A stretch of DNA of 64,000 nucleotides, taken from the sequence record KT919972.1. One strand, written 5' to 3'. Below the pieces are notes generated by a model. The model worked only from the letters and a program-made list of their open reading frames with translations, did no database searches and was not told where the DNA came from. The position numbers were made by a program, and so were the translations under genes. Positions 1 to 7,545 of the stretch are shown piece by piece (position 1 is the first letter of the stretch; each line of letters starts with the position of its first letter).

Positions 1-274
1 GGTCATCGAACGATTCTGGAAATTCCGTGATGTTCGTACTCGTATTGAAGCATTGATGTTACAACGTGACATGTGTAAAGTGCCAATTCGTCGTGACGCA
101 ATGCCAGGTTTCATTCACCACAACGGCGTACACGACTGTGCGAAAGATGCAATGATGCTTATCATGGCAGCGCGTTACGCACTTGATTTAGAAGAACTAC
201 CCGAGAAAATGGAATGTCATGAAGTATCGGTTGATTTCACTGACGAAGAGAAAGAGGAACTTGGGCTACTATGA
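1..274 (+). CDS. dexA: DexA-like 3'-5' exonuclease, C-terminal part (runs off the window start)
   Basis: Frame 2 is open from base 2: FWKFRDVRTRIEALMLQRDM...HNGVHDCAKDAMML...RYALDLEE, matching the T4 DexA C-terminus (RDIRTRIEALLL...HDSIHDCAKD). Confidence 0.85.
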   Translation, partial: VIERFWKFRDVRTRIEALMLQRDMCKVPIRRDAMPGFIHHNGVHDCAKDAMMLIMAARYALDLEELPEKMECHEVSVDFTDEEKEELGLL

Positions 275-432
275 TGATTGCTGTACATTTACTATCACAA
301 GCCAAGCCAGTTGTTCATGATAATGTAAAGAACGCTTACACTAAAGACGGTCTTTACTGCTTGATGATGAAAGACGGTATGGTTTACAAATACCCACTGA
401 TTAATATTTTCAGAATTACAGAAAATATGTAA
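271..432 (+). CDS. Small hypothetical protein, 53 aa (below ORF-track cutoff)
   Basis: ATG overlaps the dexA stop; MMIAVHLLSQAKPVVHDNVKNAYTKDGLYCLMMKDGMVYKYPLINIFRITENM*. Confidence 0.6.
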   Translation: MMIAVHLLSQAKPVVHDNVKNAYTKDGLYCLMMKDGMVYKYPLINIFRITENM

Positions 433-440
433 AAAAGTGG

Positions 441-469
441 TTGCGTTGTCGATGTGACTTGTGTAATAT
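441..469 (+). promoter_or_regulatory. Sigma70-like early promoter (class I) overlapped by a 14-bp inverted repeat
   Basis: TTGCGT-N17-TAATAT; cgttgtcgatgtga (444-457) / tcacatcgacaacg (472-485). Confidence 0.75.
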
Positions 470-501
470 ACTCACATCGACAACGAAAAGAGAACAATAT
501 T

Positions 502-639
502 ATGACAACGAATCGCTTAGATTGGACAATCGAAAAGAAAGCTCAGTTCATCGCGACATACAAAGACGGTACTGTTTTAGTTGCTCGTACTCGCGAAGAG
601 CTTAATTCGCAAATCAATGAGTTTGAAAAAACGTTATGA
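502..639 (+). CDS. Hypothetical protein (MTTNRLDW...)
   Basis: ATG after the AAGAGAACAATATT leader; first gene after an early promoter. Confidence 0.65.
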   Translation: MTTNRLDWTIEKKAQFIATYKDGTVLVARTREELNSQINEFEKTL

Positions 640-1034
640 ATTTGCATTCGTTCATGTACAAATGGAAAAGATTTTCATTTGAATTCAACAATTACGCGAT
701 TGAGAAGCAGCGTGGCTTAGTCGGGACTGTTGACTTTGTGATGAAGAAACACTTCACACATCGAGTATATGACCGATTCTGTGCTGCTGAACATTCAACA
801 TTGCGTAGAATGCTGTATCATACAGTAAACAAGCACTTAGGTGAAGTTCTGTATTGGTATTACAGTGCTGAAAAGCGTGAGCTTGCTATCAAGCGTGAAG
901 ATATTTACATAATATTTGAGAAGGGAATTAAAGGTTGTATTTTGATTACGACGATATATCGTAATCAAAATAAGCAAAACCATGATAAATTCTTTTTGAT
1001 TGATATAAGCAGAAAGCAAAATGAAGCAAATTAG
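636..1034 (+). CDS. regB: RegB-like sequence-specific endoribonuclease
   Basis: Colinear similarity to T4 RegB as recalled: KRFSFEFNN~RHFESEFRQ, KKHFTHRVYDR~SQHLLDRAIQR (His/Arg kept), MLYHTVNKHLGEV~ELFHKIKDHVLEV, ELAIKREDIYIIF~RLEITDGNLWLGF. Confidence 0.55.
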   Translation: MNLHSFMYKWKRFSFEFNNYAIEKQRGLVGTVDFVMKKHFTHRVYDRFCAAEHSTLRRMLYHTVNKHLGEVLYWYYSAEKRELAIKREDIYIIFEKGIKGCILITTIYRNQNKQNHDKFFLIDISRKQNEAN

Positions 1035-1266
1035 ACTTGGTGACTATATCGAGGTCACTGAAAGACTAGACCAAGAGAGCTTTTTTGGTCAGTTGGTTGA
1101 TATTGCACCGTGTCTATGGGCACGTGGTGATTTTCTACGACTTGTTGATGACGCAGGTAATGAAGTTCAATTGAACACTGTGAACATCGACATGATTAAT
1201 GGCACAGTTGTGAGTGAATTAACTAGAAACGCTCATGGCTTTATGTATTGTGAGGAAAAGATTTGA
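1021..1266 (+). CDS. Hypothetical protein
   Basis: ORF in an overlapping operon. Confidence 0.65.
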   Translation: MKQIRLGDYIEVTERLDQESFFGQLVDIAPCLWARGDFLRLVDDAGNEVQLNTVNIDMINGTVVSELTRNAHGFMYCEEKI

Positions 1267-1706
1267 AAGGTTACGTATTTGTAAATCGCTATTGTAAAGG
1301 TATTCAAGCTGGTATTCAAGGTGCACATGCGCTTCTACGTCTTGCGCGTAAAGCAGATAACCCAGTTTTCAATAAGTGGCTGAATGATCACGAGACGATT
1401 TGTGTTCTGTCAGCGGCTAGTCATGACCATCTTGAAGAAATCGAAGAGACAATTCGTGAAATGGGTGTTGTTGAAGACATTACATTTTTTCAAGAAGAAG
1501 GTTTACATCACTCACTAACAGGTGTAGCATTCATTGGCGACGACACGCTAATGCAAGTTCAAGCCGAAATGAAAGAATGGCGTGAACTGCGTAAGATCGG
1601 CGAAGGTCTAAAGCGTCGCGACTTTGATTCAGATATGTTCTACAAATACGGTCGAACATATGAACTTGCAAAATACTTAGAGGGGTTTCATTCTCATCAT
1701 GGATAA
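1263..1706 (+). CDS. Peptidyl-tRNA hydrolase type 2 (PTH2/PTRHD1)-like protein
   Basis: GIQAGIQGAHA, W...HETICVLSA..HDHLEEI and FQEEGLHHSLTGVAFIG mirror PTH2 motifs (GKxAAQxAHA, W....KIVL...EEL, DAG....TALGIGP). Confidence 0.5.
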   Translation: MKGYVFVNRYCKGIQAGIQGAHALLRLARKADNPVFNKWLNDHETICVLSAASHDHLEEIEETIREMGVVEDITFFQEEGLHHSLTGVAFIGDDTLMQVQAEMKEWRELRKIGEGLKRRDFDSDMFYKYGRTYELAKYLEGFHSHHG

Positions 1707-1929
1707 CTTAAATCTTAAATTGACTACTGCGACTCGCTTTGAAGAGCTAATGACAAAACCAGGTGTTGATGTTAAAAATAGCTCTTCTGGTCCTGAATTC
1801 ATTACGACTGTTTACGAGAATGGTGAATTACTTGCAGAGCGCGTATTGTACGTTTCACAAGCAGAGCACTTTGAAGTGAAACTACCTGAAACGGCAAAGC
1901 AAGCACGCAAAACGAGCAAACTGCCGTAA
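1699..1929 (+). CDS. Hypothetical protein
   Basis: ORF overlapping the upstream stop. Confidence 0.65.
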   Translation: MDNLNLKLTTATRFEELMTKPGVDVKNSSSGPEFITTVYENGELLAERVLYVSQAEHFEVKLPETAKQARKTSKLP

Positions 1930-1934
1930 AAACT

Positions 1935-1964
1935 GTTTATTAACTAACTTTGTGAGTGTAATAT
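1935..1964 (+). promoter_or_regulatory. Class II (GTTTA-type) promoter, probably serving td
   Basis: G-TTTATT-N17-TAATAT. Confidence 0.5.
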
Positions 1965-1965
1965 T

Positions 1966-2169
1966 ATGAAATCTAAAGGTTTTACTCTGATCGAATTGAT
2001 TGTTTTGATTGCGATTCTAGGGATTCTAGCGTCGGTAGCTGCTGGTGCGTTTTTTGGCGCTGAACAACCTACATCTTACAGTACTCAACCGCAATCAGAG
2101 ACTTATGAAATTGACGGTCAGTTGATGCAATGTACTCCCGTGCAAGCAGTATGGGACGATGATTTTTAA
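1966..2169 (+). CDS. Type IV prepilin-like mini-protein (class III signal peptide)
   Basis: MKSKG|FTLIELIVLIAILGILASVA: G-1/F+1/E+5 motif plus a ~20-residue hydrophobic helix, then only ~40 polar residues. Confidence 0.8.
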   Translation: MKSKGFTLIELIVLIAILGILASVAAGAFFGAEQPTSYSTQPQSETYEIDGQLMQCTPVQAVWDDDF

Positions 2170-2175
2170 AGGTAA

Positions 2176-3078
2176 TTGATGAAAAACTACTTGGAACTTT
2201 GTAAAGATATTCTAGAAAATGGTGATTTTCTTGAGAATAGAACAGGCACGAATACTGTTAGTGTTGTTTCGCGTGAGCTTCGATGGGACTTAGAAAAAGG
2301 TTTCCCGTTGCTAACGACTAAGAAAATGGCGACAAGAGCTATTTTCGGTGAGTTGCTATGGTTCTTGAGCGGTTCAGGTTCGATTTCTGAACTGAGAAAA
2401 TACACTGAATTATCAGACGAAGATTTCTGTATCTGGCAACAAAATCTCGACGAGCTGAACGAGCGTGCGAAAGAAGCAGGTATTGTTCGCAATGAAGACG
2501 ACCTTGGTTATGTCTATGGCAAAGTGTGGCGTAAACGTCTATCTGTAAATGCAGAGCGAGAAATTGTTGAGTTTGACCAGATTCATCAATTGCTGTGCGA
2601 TATTGCAGCGGTTAATGAAGACCCGACGCAAAGTGCGCAACGTCGTATGCTTGTTGAAGCATGGGACCCGTACTTCCATACTGAAAGTAACTCAGTTGAC
2701 GTAGCTCTACCGCCATGTCATTACGGCTTTCAAGTGTTCGTGCGTAATGGTAAGATCAGCTTGAAATGGAATCAGCGTTCAGTTGACACATTCTTAGGTC
2801 TACCGTTCAATATCGCATCGTATGCTTTGCTAGTGCATATACTAGCTAAATTGACTGGCTTAGGTGTCGGTGAATTGATTTTCTCTGGTGGTGATGTTCA
2901 CATTTATGAAGATCATCTAATACAAGTAATGAAGCAAATGAGACGTACGCCGCGTGCGCTACCTCAGATTGAACTTCCTGAATTTGAAACGTTGTCACAG
3001 TTGTTAACTAAACGCGCAAGTGATTTTCGCGTATATGACTATGACCCATACCCAACACTAAAAGGTAAAATGTCGTGA
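2176..3078 (+). CDS. td: Thymidylate synthase (no intron)
   Basis: RTGT, FPLLTTKK, ALPPCHY, WNQRSVD.FLGLPFNIASY and GDVHIY motifs. Confidence 0.97.
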   Translation: MMKNYLELCKDILENGDFLENRTGTNTVSVVSRELRWDLEKGFPLLTTKKMATRAIFGELLWFLSGSGSISELRKYTELSDEDFCIWQQNLDELNERAKEAGIVRNEDDLGYVYGKVWRKRLSVNAEREIVEFDQIHQLLCDIAAVNEDPTQSAQRRMLVEAWDPYFHTESNSVDVALPPCHYGFQVFVRNGKISLKWNQRSVDTFLGLPFNIASYALLVHILAKLTGLGVGELIFSGGDVHIYEDHLIQVMKQMRRTPRALPQIELPEFETLSQLLTKRASDFRVYDYDPYPTLKGKMS

Positions 3079-3269
3079 TTAGTAAAACAGATTATTTTGA
3101 ACTGAAAACAGGTACGCCGATCATTGTAATTGAGCGAATTGACACAATCGACGGTGAGCTTATCAAACTTCCGTACAGCAAAGTTGTTGCAGCTAACGAC
3201 CCGCTCATCGGCGATTCGCTAACTGACGGCAAGATTCACTATCTTTTTGACTTTGAAATTGGTGAGTAA
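3075..3269 (+). CDS. Hypothetical protein
   Basis: GTG start overlapping the td stop. Confidence 0.6.
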   Translation: MISKTDYFELKTGTPIIVIERIDTIDGELIKLPYSKVVAANDPLIGDSLTDGKIHYLFDFEIGE

Positions 3270-3270
3270 C

Positions 3271-3477
3271 ATGAACTTAGGTGAGTTCGTAACGGGGTTG
3301 TTGACATTGATTGCGTTCGGTATCGTCGCAATGTTGGTTATTCTCGGATTGTCAGTTGGCGGGCTTATCTTCGGTGCATGGCTCATCATTTCGGGTCATA
3401 CAGTCGCTGGGTGGGTTGTATTGTTCATCTCGGCGATTGTTTTCGCTTTAATAGGCACAATAATGAGGAATTTGTAA
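3271..3477 (+). CDS. Small membrane protein (2 TM)
   Basis: Two long hydrophobic segments; start MNLGEF. Confidence 0.65.
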   Translation: MNLGEFVTGLLTLIAFGIVAMLVILGLSVGGLIFGAWLIISGHTVAGWVVLFISAIVFALIGTIMRNL

Positions 3478-3767
3478 TGGCGTTACATATTTACGTAGAA
3501 GTTGACACCAATGATGGTGATTACGTTGGCGGTCTAATCGCAGCATCGAGTGAAGAAGTCGAGCGTTTTGAAACGCTTGTTCATCTTTCGGGTGATAGTC
3601 TAGCGAGTTGGACAGAAGGCGAATGCCAAGTTCGCCCGAATTCAGAAGTATACCCGCAGTTTAGCGAAAATGACATTGAGTTCATTTCCGATAAAATGCC
3701 TTACTGCGAATACGGCTTTCACACTGTTGAAAAAATTAAGATTGTTGATGTGTTGAATACTCTATGA
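3477..3767 (+). CDS. Hypothetical protein
   Basis: GAGG RBS, ATG at 3477 (MALHIYVEVDTNDGDY). Confidence 0.65.
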   Translation: MALHIYVEVDTNDGDYVGGLIAASSEEVERFETLVHLSGDSLASWTEGECQVRPNSEVYPQFSENDIEFISDKMPYCEYGFHTVEKIKIVDVLNTL

Positions 3768-4084
3768 TCAATGAAATTCTAGCTTCAAGTAAGCGAATCG
3801 ACAACGGTCGAACTGTTAAAGACGTTCATATGAGCGTTGTTGAAGAAGTAGGCGAACTAGCAACTGAAGTTCGCGTCAAGTACGGTACGTCGTACAAAAA
3901 CGCTGACGTTGACGGGATTCTAGGTGAATCGGTTGATGGTATTCTGTGTCTAATTGACCTAATTTACGTCGATAACCCGAACATCACTGAAGCTGAAATC
4001 ATGAACGTTGTTCGTAACAAGCTCGCTAAATGGGAGCGAAAGGAAAACGAACACAAAGCAAAAACTGAAAAAATGGTGAAATAA
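3764..4084 (+). CDS. MazG-like all-alpha NTP pyrophosphohydrolase
   Basis: EEVGELATE...GESVDGILCLIDL matches the MazG EExxE/ExxD pattern. Confidence 0.75.
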   Translation: MINEILASSKRIDNGRTVKDVHMSVVEEVGELATEVRVKYGTSYKNADVDGILGESVDGILCLIDLIYVDNPNITEAEIMNVVRNKLAKWERKENEHKAKTEKMVK

Positions 4085-4381
4085 ATGACAAATCGTTATA
4101 CATTTGAAGAAATTCTTGGTGAAGACTACGACGACAAAGACTATCTTGACTTTCTACTAGATGGTTATGGTGACTTCCCTGGTGTGAAGTTCATCGACCA
4201 AGACGGCGGTGGTGAAGGTGGTTCTGAGTACTGCTACACGATTCTTGAAAAAGACGGTCGTTACTTCAAGACTGAATACAGCTACTACAGCTACCACGGT
4301 TACGACAACTACGGGGATCACTTCGTTGAAGTTTACCCAAAGCAAGTTACAATCACCCAATACGTGAGCACTCCTCAGTAA
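4085..4381 (+). CDS. Acidic, Tyr-rich hypothetical protein
   Basis: ORF in operon; DQDGGGEGGSEY. Confidence 0.7.
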   Translation: MTNRYTFEEILGEDYDDKDYLDFLLDGYGDFPGVKFIDQDGGGEGGSEYCYTILEKDGRYFKTEYSYYSYHGYDNYGDHFVEVYPKQVTITQYVSTPQ

Positions 4382-5142
4382 TGCGTATTGTTGTCGGGTC
4401 AACTGCGTTACATCATAATGGTATTCGACTGCGTAAGACCATTAAAGATCTAGATGTATTCGTAGACTCGCCCGACTCGGCTAACGACGGGGATGATTTT
4501 ATTGTCATGCCCGTCGATATATTGCAGATGTTCGACGGTGATATAGCAACTGCTGACGAAATCTACACGATAAAATGCAGTCATCTTGGTTGGGATGAGC
4601 ATAAAGTCGGGTACAGTCAGTTTGGTGGTTCGACATTGTGGGACAAGCACAAGCGTGATGTTATGGCGCTATCGCGATTCTGCAAAATCAAGCCTGAGCT
4701 ATACGCAGCGTTGACAAATCATTGGCGAAAAGAGCTTGGCAATAAAGATTATCTGTGTTTGAACAAAGACGCAGACGACTTCTTTAATGACAAAGTTCGA
4801 TACGTGTATGAACATGATGAGCTTCATCGAATGGTCGCAGCACCTAACCGCCCGTTGTATGAGAAAATTCTCAAAGACGGCTGTGATGTTTTAGTCAGTA
4901 AAGAGAAGTTCGAACAGTTGTCATTTGAAGACAAGATCAATTTGTTCCACGAAGAAATTTCGGTAATCGCAATTGAACGATACATTGTTCACGGAATGAT
5001 GCCGTTGAATGCGTGGAATCATGCGTTGAAGAAGACAATTACACGGCTTACTAAGAATTGGGCATGTGATTTCATTTGTGCAAACATGAGTCATTACATG
5101 AAGCCGAAATATAATTTGAATATTCTTGAAGAAAAGGGTTGA
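4381..5142 (+). CDS. Pol-beta-superfamily nucleotidyltransferase-like protein
   Basis: N-terminal hGS...KDLDV motif (VGSTAL...KDLDVFVD). Confidence 0.6.
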   Translation: MRIVVGSTALHHNGIRLRKTIKDLDVFVDSPDSANDGDDFIVMPVDILQMFDGDIATADEIYTIKCSHLGWDEHKVGYSQFGGSTLWDKHKRDVMALSRFCKIKPELYAALTNHWRKELGNKDYLCLNKDADDFFNDKVRYVYEHDELHRMVAAPNRPLYEKILKDGCDVLVSKEKFEQLSFEDKINLFHEEISVIAIERYIVHGMMPLNAWNHALKKTITRLTKNWACDFICANMSHYMKPKYNLNILEEKG

Positions 5143-5168
5143 CTGCGGTCAGCCCTTTTGTGTATTAT
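5132..5168 (+). promoter_or_regulatory. Intrinsic terminator hairpin fused to an early promoter
   Basis: aaaagggttgac-tgcg-gtcagccctttt contains -35 TTGACT (5139); -10 TATTAT at 5163. Confidence 0.75.
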
Positions 5169-5212
5169 AGCTACATCAACACGATGTTGACCTAAAAAAA
5201 AGAGAGAACATT

Positions 5213-5542
5213 ATGACTGACCAAACTAAATTCGACATCAAATTTGCTGAAATCAAAGTCGTTTATTCTATGCGTGCAGAACACCAAAAAGTAGCAATGC
5301 GCCTTGAAGATGGTACAATCATGCTGCATGAAGTGCTTTTCATGGATTCGAAAGGTTCATATTGTGAAAGTCGCAAACTGTGGAGCACTACAGTTGAAAA
5401 AAAATGTGCATGGCCAGGTTATGAGTCAGCACAGCTTATTGACAAAATCAAAGCAGCGGGTAAAGTTTCACTTAAACATTGGCGTGCTGCTTCAGAAGCA
5501 GACTACGAAAACTTTCGTCTTATCGAATCATTTGAGGGTTAA
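5213..5542 (+). CDS. Hypothetical early protein
   Basis: AAGAGAGAACATTATG leader. Confidence 0.75.
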   Translation: MTDQTKFDIKFAEIKVVYSMRAEHQKVAMRLEDGTIMLHEVLFMDSKGSYCESRKLWSTTVEKKCAWPGYESAQLIDKIKAAGKVSLKHWRAASEADYENFRLIESFEG

Positions 5543-5544
5543 TC

Positions 5545-5946
5545 ATGTCAGAATTTTATCAAATGTGGGAAAAGAAAATCGGGCGTCTTGAAGAGATGCA
5601 CAAGAAAATCTACGACATGGGTCAACTTGCTGCTGGTGATGAAGGCAAGTATATTTTCAAAACTGAAATGAAGCGTGAGCATCTATCACGCGAGATTTCA
5701 CATGAAATTGACCATAAAGGTCTAGATCTACATCATCTTATGTACAAAGGTTTGCATGAGACAGCACGTGAATATCAAGGTGCAATCATGATATTCTGCA
5801 AAGAAATGCCACTCGAACAGCGTCGAGAACTTTTTGACAAGATTCGCGCAGTGTTCAATATTGATGCTTACACAGACGAAGCATGGGAAGGCGTTCTTAA
5901 ACGTTTCAAAGGTTCACTAGTAAGCCAAGGTATGATTGAGGAATAA
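5545..5946 (+). CDS. Hypothetical protein
   Basis: ORF with GAGG RBS. Confidence 0.7.
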   Translation: MSEFYQMWEKKIGRLEEMHKKIYDMGQLAAGDEGKYIFKTEMKREHLSREISHEIDHKGLDLHHLMYKGLHETAREYQGAIMIFCKEMPLEQRRELFDKIRAVFNIDAYTDEAWEGVLKRFKGSLVSQGMIEE

Positions 5947-5949
5947 ATT

Positions 5950-6018
5950 ATGAGCAGCTACAACACAAAGAAAGCAGAGTGTGAAAAACGCGCAATGATG
6001 AAATCAATTGGAGCATAA
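5950..6018 (+). CDS. Possible 22-aa peptide
   Basis: GAGG RBS; MSSYNTKKAECEKRAMMKSIGA* exactly fills the gap between two genes. Confidence 0.4.
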   Translation: MSSYNTKKAECEKRAMMKSIGA

Positions 6019-6019
6019 A

Positions 6020-6280
6020 ATGAGCTATTTACTATCAATGCAAAAAGGTTGTTCAACTGTCGTAACCGTGAGTGGTGTACCGTTAGTTGTAGATCACGAA
6101 ACTGAGTATGTGACTGTTGATGGAAACGGTTACGTAACGGGTTGGACTGACCGCCCGTACTTCGACGAAGAAGATCAGACATGGTCGTGTTATGAGCTTT
6201 ACGGTGAAGAGTGGCATTTGGCAACTATTGCAAACCCAACGAAAGAAGCAGTCGAAACGTTGATCGAGGTATACCCATGA
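6020..6280 (+). CDS. Hypothetical protein
   Basis: GGAG RBS; DGNGYVTGWTDRPYF...W. Confidence 0.7.
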   Translation: MSYLLSMQKGCSTVVTVSGVPLVVDHETEYVTVDGNGYVTGWTDRPYFDEEDQTWSCYELYGEEWHLATIANPTKEAVETLIEVYP

Positions 6281-6645
6281 GTTGTAATTTAATGGAACGT
6301 CTCGCTGATGAATATCGAAAATCAGACGTGTATGACCCTGATTTGCACTGTGATATTTTTGCTATCCCTGTTCAAGAAGACGGCGAAATGGATTCGATAT
6401 ACATCAAAGAAGCATTGTATGGTGTATATAATGAGATTCGGCGCTATACTGGCATGTCGCTAGACGAAGCCAAGGAATGGTTTAAAGTTCAAGAAGTTGA
6501 AACGTGGTTTGGTGAATCAAACACTGTAAACGAAAAAGTTTATAACACGTTTTTCGTGCGTTATGATATTCCTGACGAGTTAGTTAAGCAACAATACTCT
6601 GAGTGGAAACAAGGTCCCTCGGCAACAATTAAGGAATCATTTTGA
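6277..6645 (+). CDS. Hypothetical protein
   Basis: GAGG RBS; ATG overlaps the upstream stop. Confidence 0.7.
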   Translation: MSCNLMERLADEYRKSDVYDPDLHCDIFAIPVQEDGEMDSIYIKEALYGVYNEIRRYTGMSLDEAKEWFKVQEVETWFGESNTVNEKVYNTFFVRYDIPDELVKQQYSEWKQGPSATIKESF

Positions 6646-7403
6646 GAATTTTCATTTTTAGCGGTGCTGGTCTTGATGCAGAATCAGGTATCAGTACGTT
6701 TCGAGACGCAAATGGTCTGTGGGAAAATCATGACATCATGGAAGTGTGTAACATCAACACATTTCCAAACAATTATGAAGTGACACATCGTTTCTACAAT
6801 GAGCGTCGTAAACAATTAGCTGAAGTTCACCCGAATTCAGCACACTACAAAATTGCTGAACTGTGTGAAAAATACGACGTTGACAACTACACTGCGAACG
6901 TATCAGATTTACTTGAGCGTGCAGGTTGTAAAGACGTTAAGCATATTCACGGTGAGTTGACAAAGATCGTGCAAGATTACACGTCAAAAGACAGTACAGT
7001 TATTGACATCGGGTACAATGAATACGAGTTGCGTACAGGTCGTCGTGATAAACCGGGTGTTGTGTTCTTCAATGAAGGCGCACCATTATACACTCATTTC
7101 TGGGGTGATATTGACACTCTATTGCCGACTGACATTGCAATTGTTGTTGGTTCGACGCTTGAGATTAACCCGATTCATTGGGATTTGTCTGCGACGGGCT
7201 GTAAATTCATTCTTATTAACCCGACTGGCATTGACACTGAAAAGCATTCTGCACTAAACGAAGCGATTCGTATGTGTGACGTATTCATCAATAAGCCAGC
7301 CACTGAGGCATTCGATGAAATTGATACGCACATTGAAGAACATATTTCACGCAATTTTCCTAATGGTCTACTTGACTATCGAGGGAATAGCGTTAATCGT
7401 TAG
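6642..7403 (+). CDS. sir2: Sir2/CobB-family NAD-dependent deacylase
   Basis: GAGLDAESGISTFRDANGLW, HIHGEL, KPGVVFF, IVVGST, INP motifs. Confidence 0.92.
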   Translation: MRIFIFSGAGLDAESGISTFRDANGLWENHDIMEVCNINTFPNNYEVTHRFYNERRKQLAEVHPNSAHYKIAELCEKYDVDNYTANVSDLLERAGCKDVKHIHGELTKIVQDYTSKDSTVIDIGYNEYELRTGRRDKPGVVFFNEGAPLYTHFWGDIDTLLPTDIAIVVGSTLEINPIHWDLSATGCKFILINPTGIDTEKHSALNEAIRMCDVFINKPATEAFDEIDTHIEEHISRNFPNGLLDYRGNSVNR

Positions 7404-7545
7404 TGGAAGTGGGGCTGTTATGTCATTCATAGCAGCTTTTTTACTCATTCTAGATAAGTTGTATATTTTAGCAGGTTGTGCGTCTATACTAGGTGCATTG
7501 TTAACGTACTGCTATGTGAAATTGAGTGAGGAACATGATGTCTAA
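7363..7545 (+). CDS. Small membrane protein (start uncertain)
   Basis: Hydrophobic ORF between sir2 and gene 39. Confidence 0.45.
   Translation: MVYLTIEGIALIVSGSGAVMSFIAAFLLILDKLYILAGCASILGALLTYCYVKLSEEHDV

Noticed and set aside
2176-3078. Group I intron in td (as in T4)
   Set aside because: The 300-aa frame is continuous with all motifs; no insertion.
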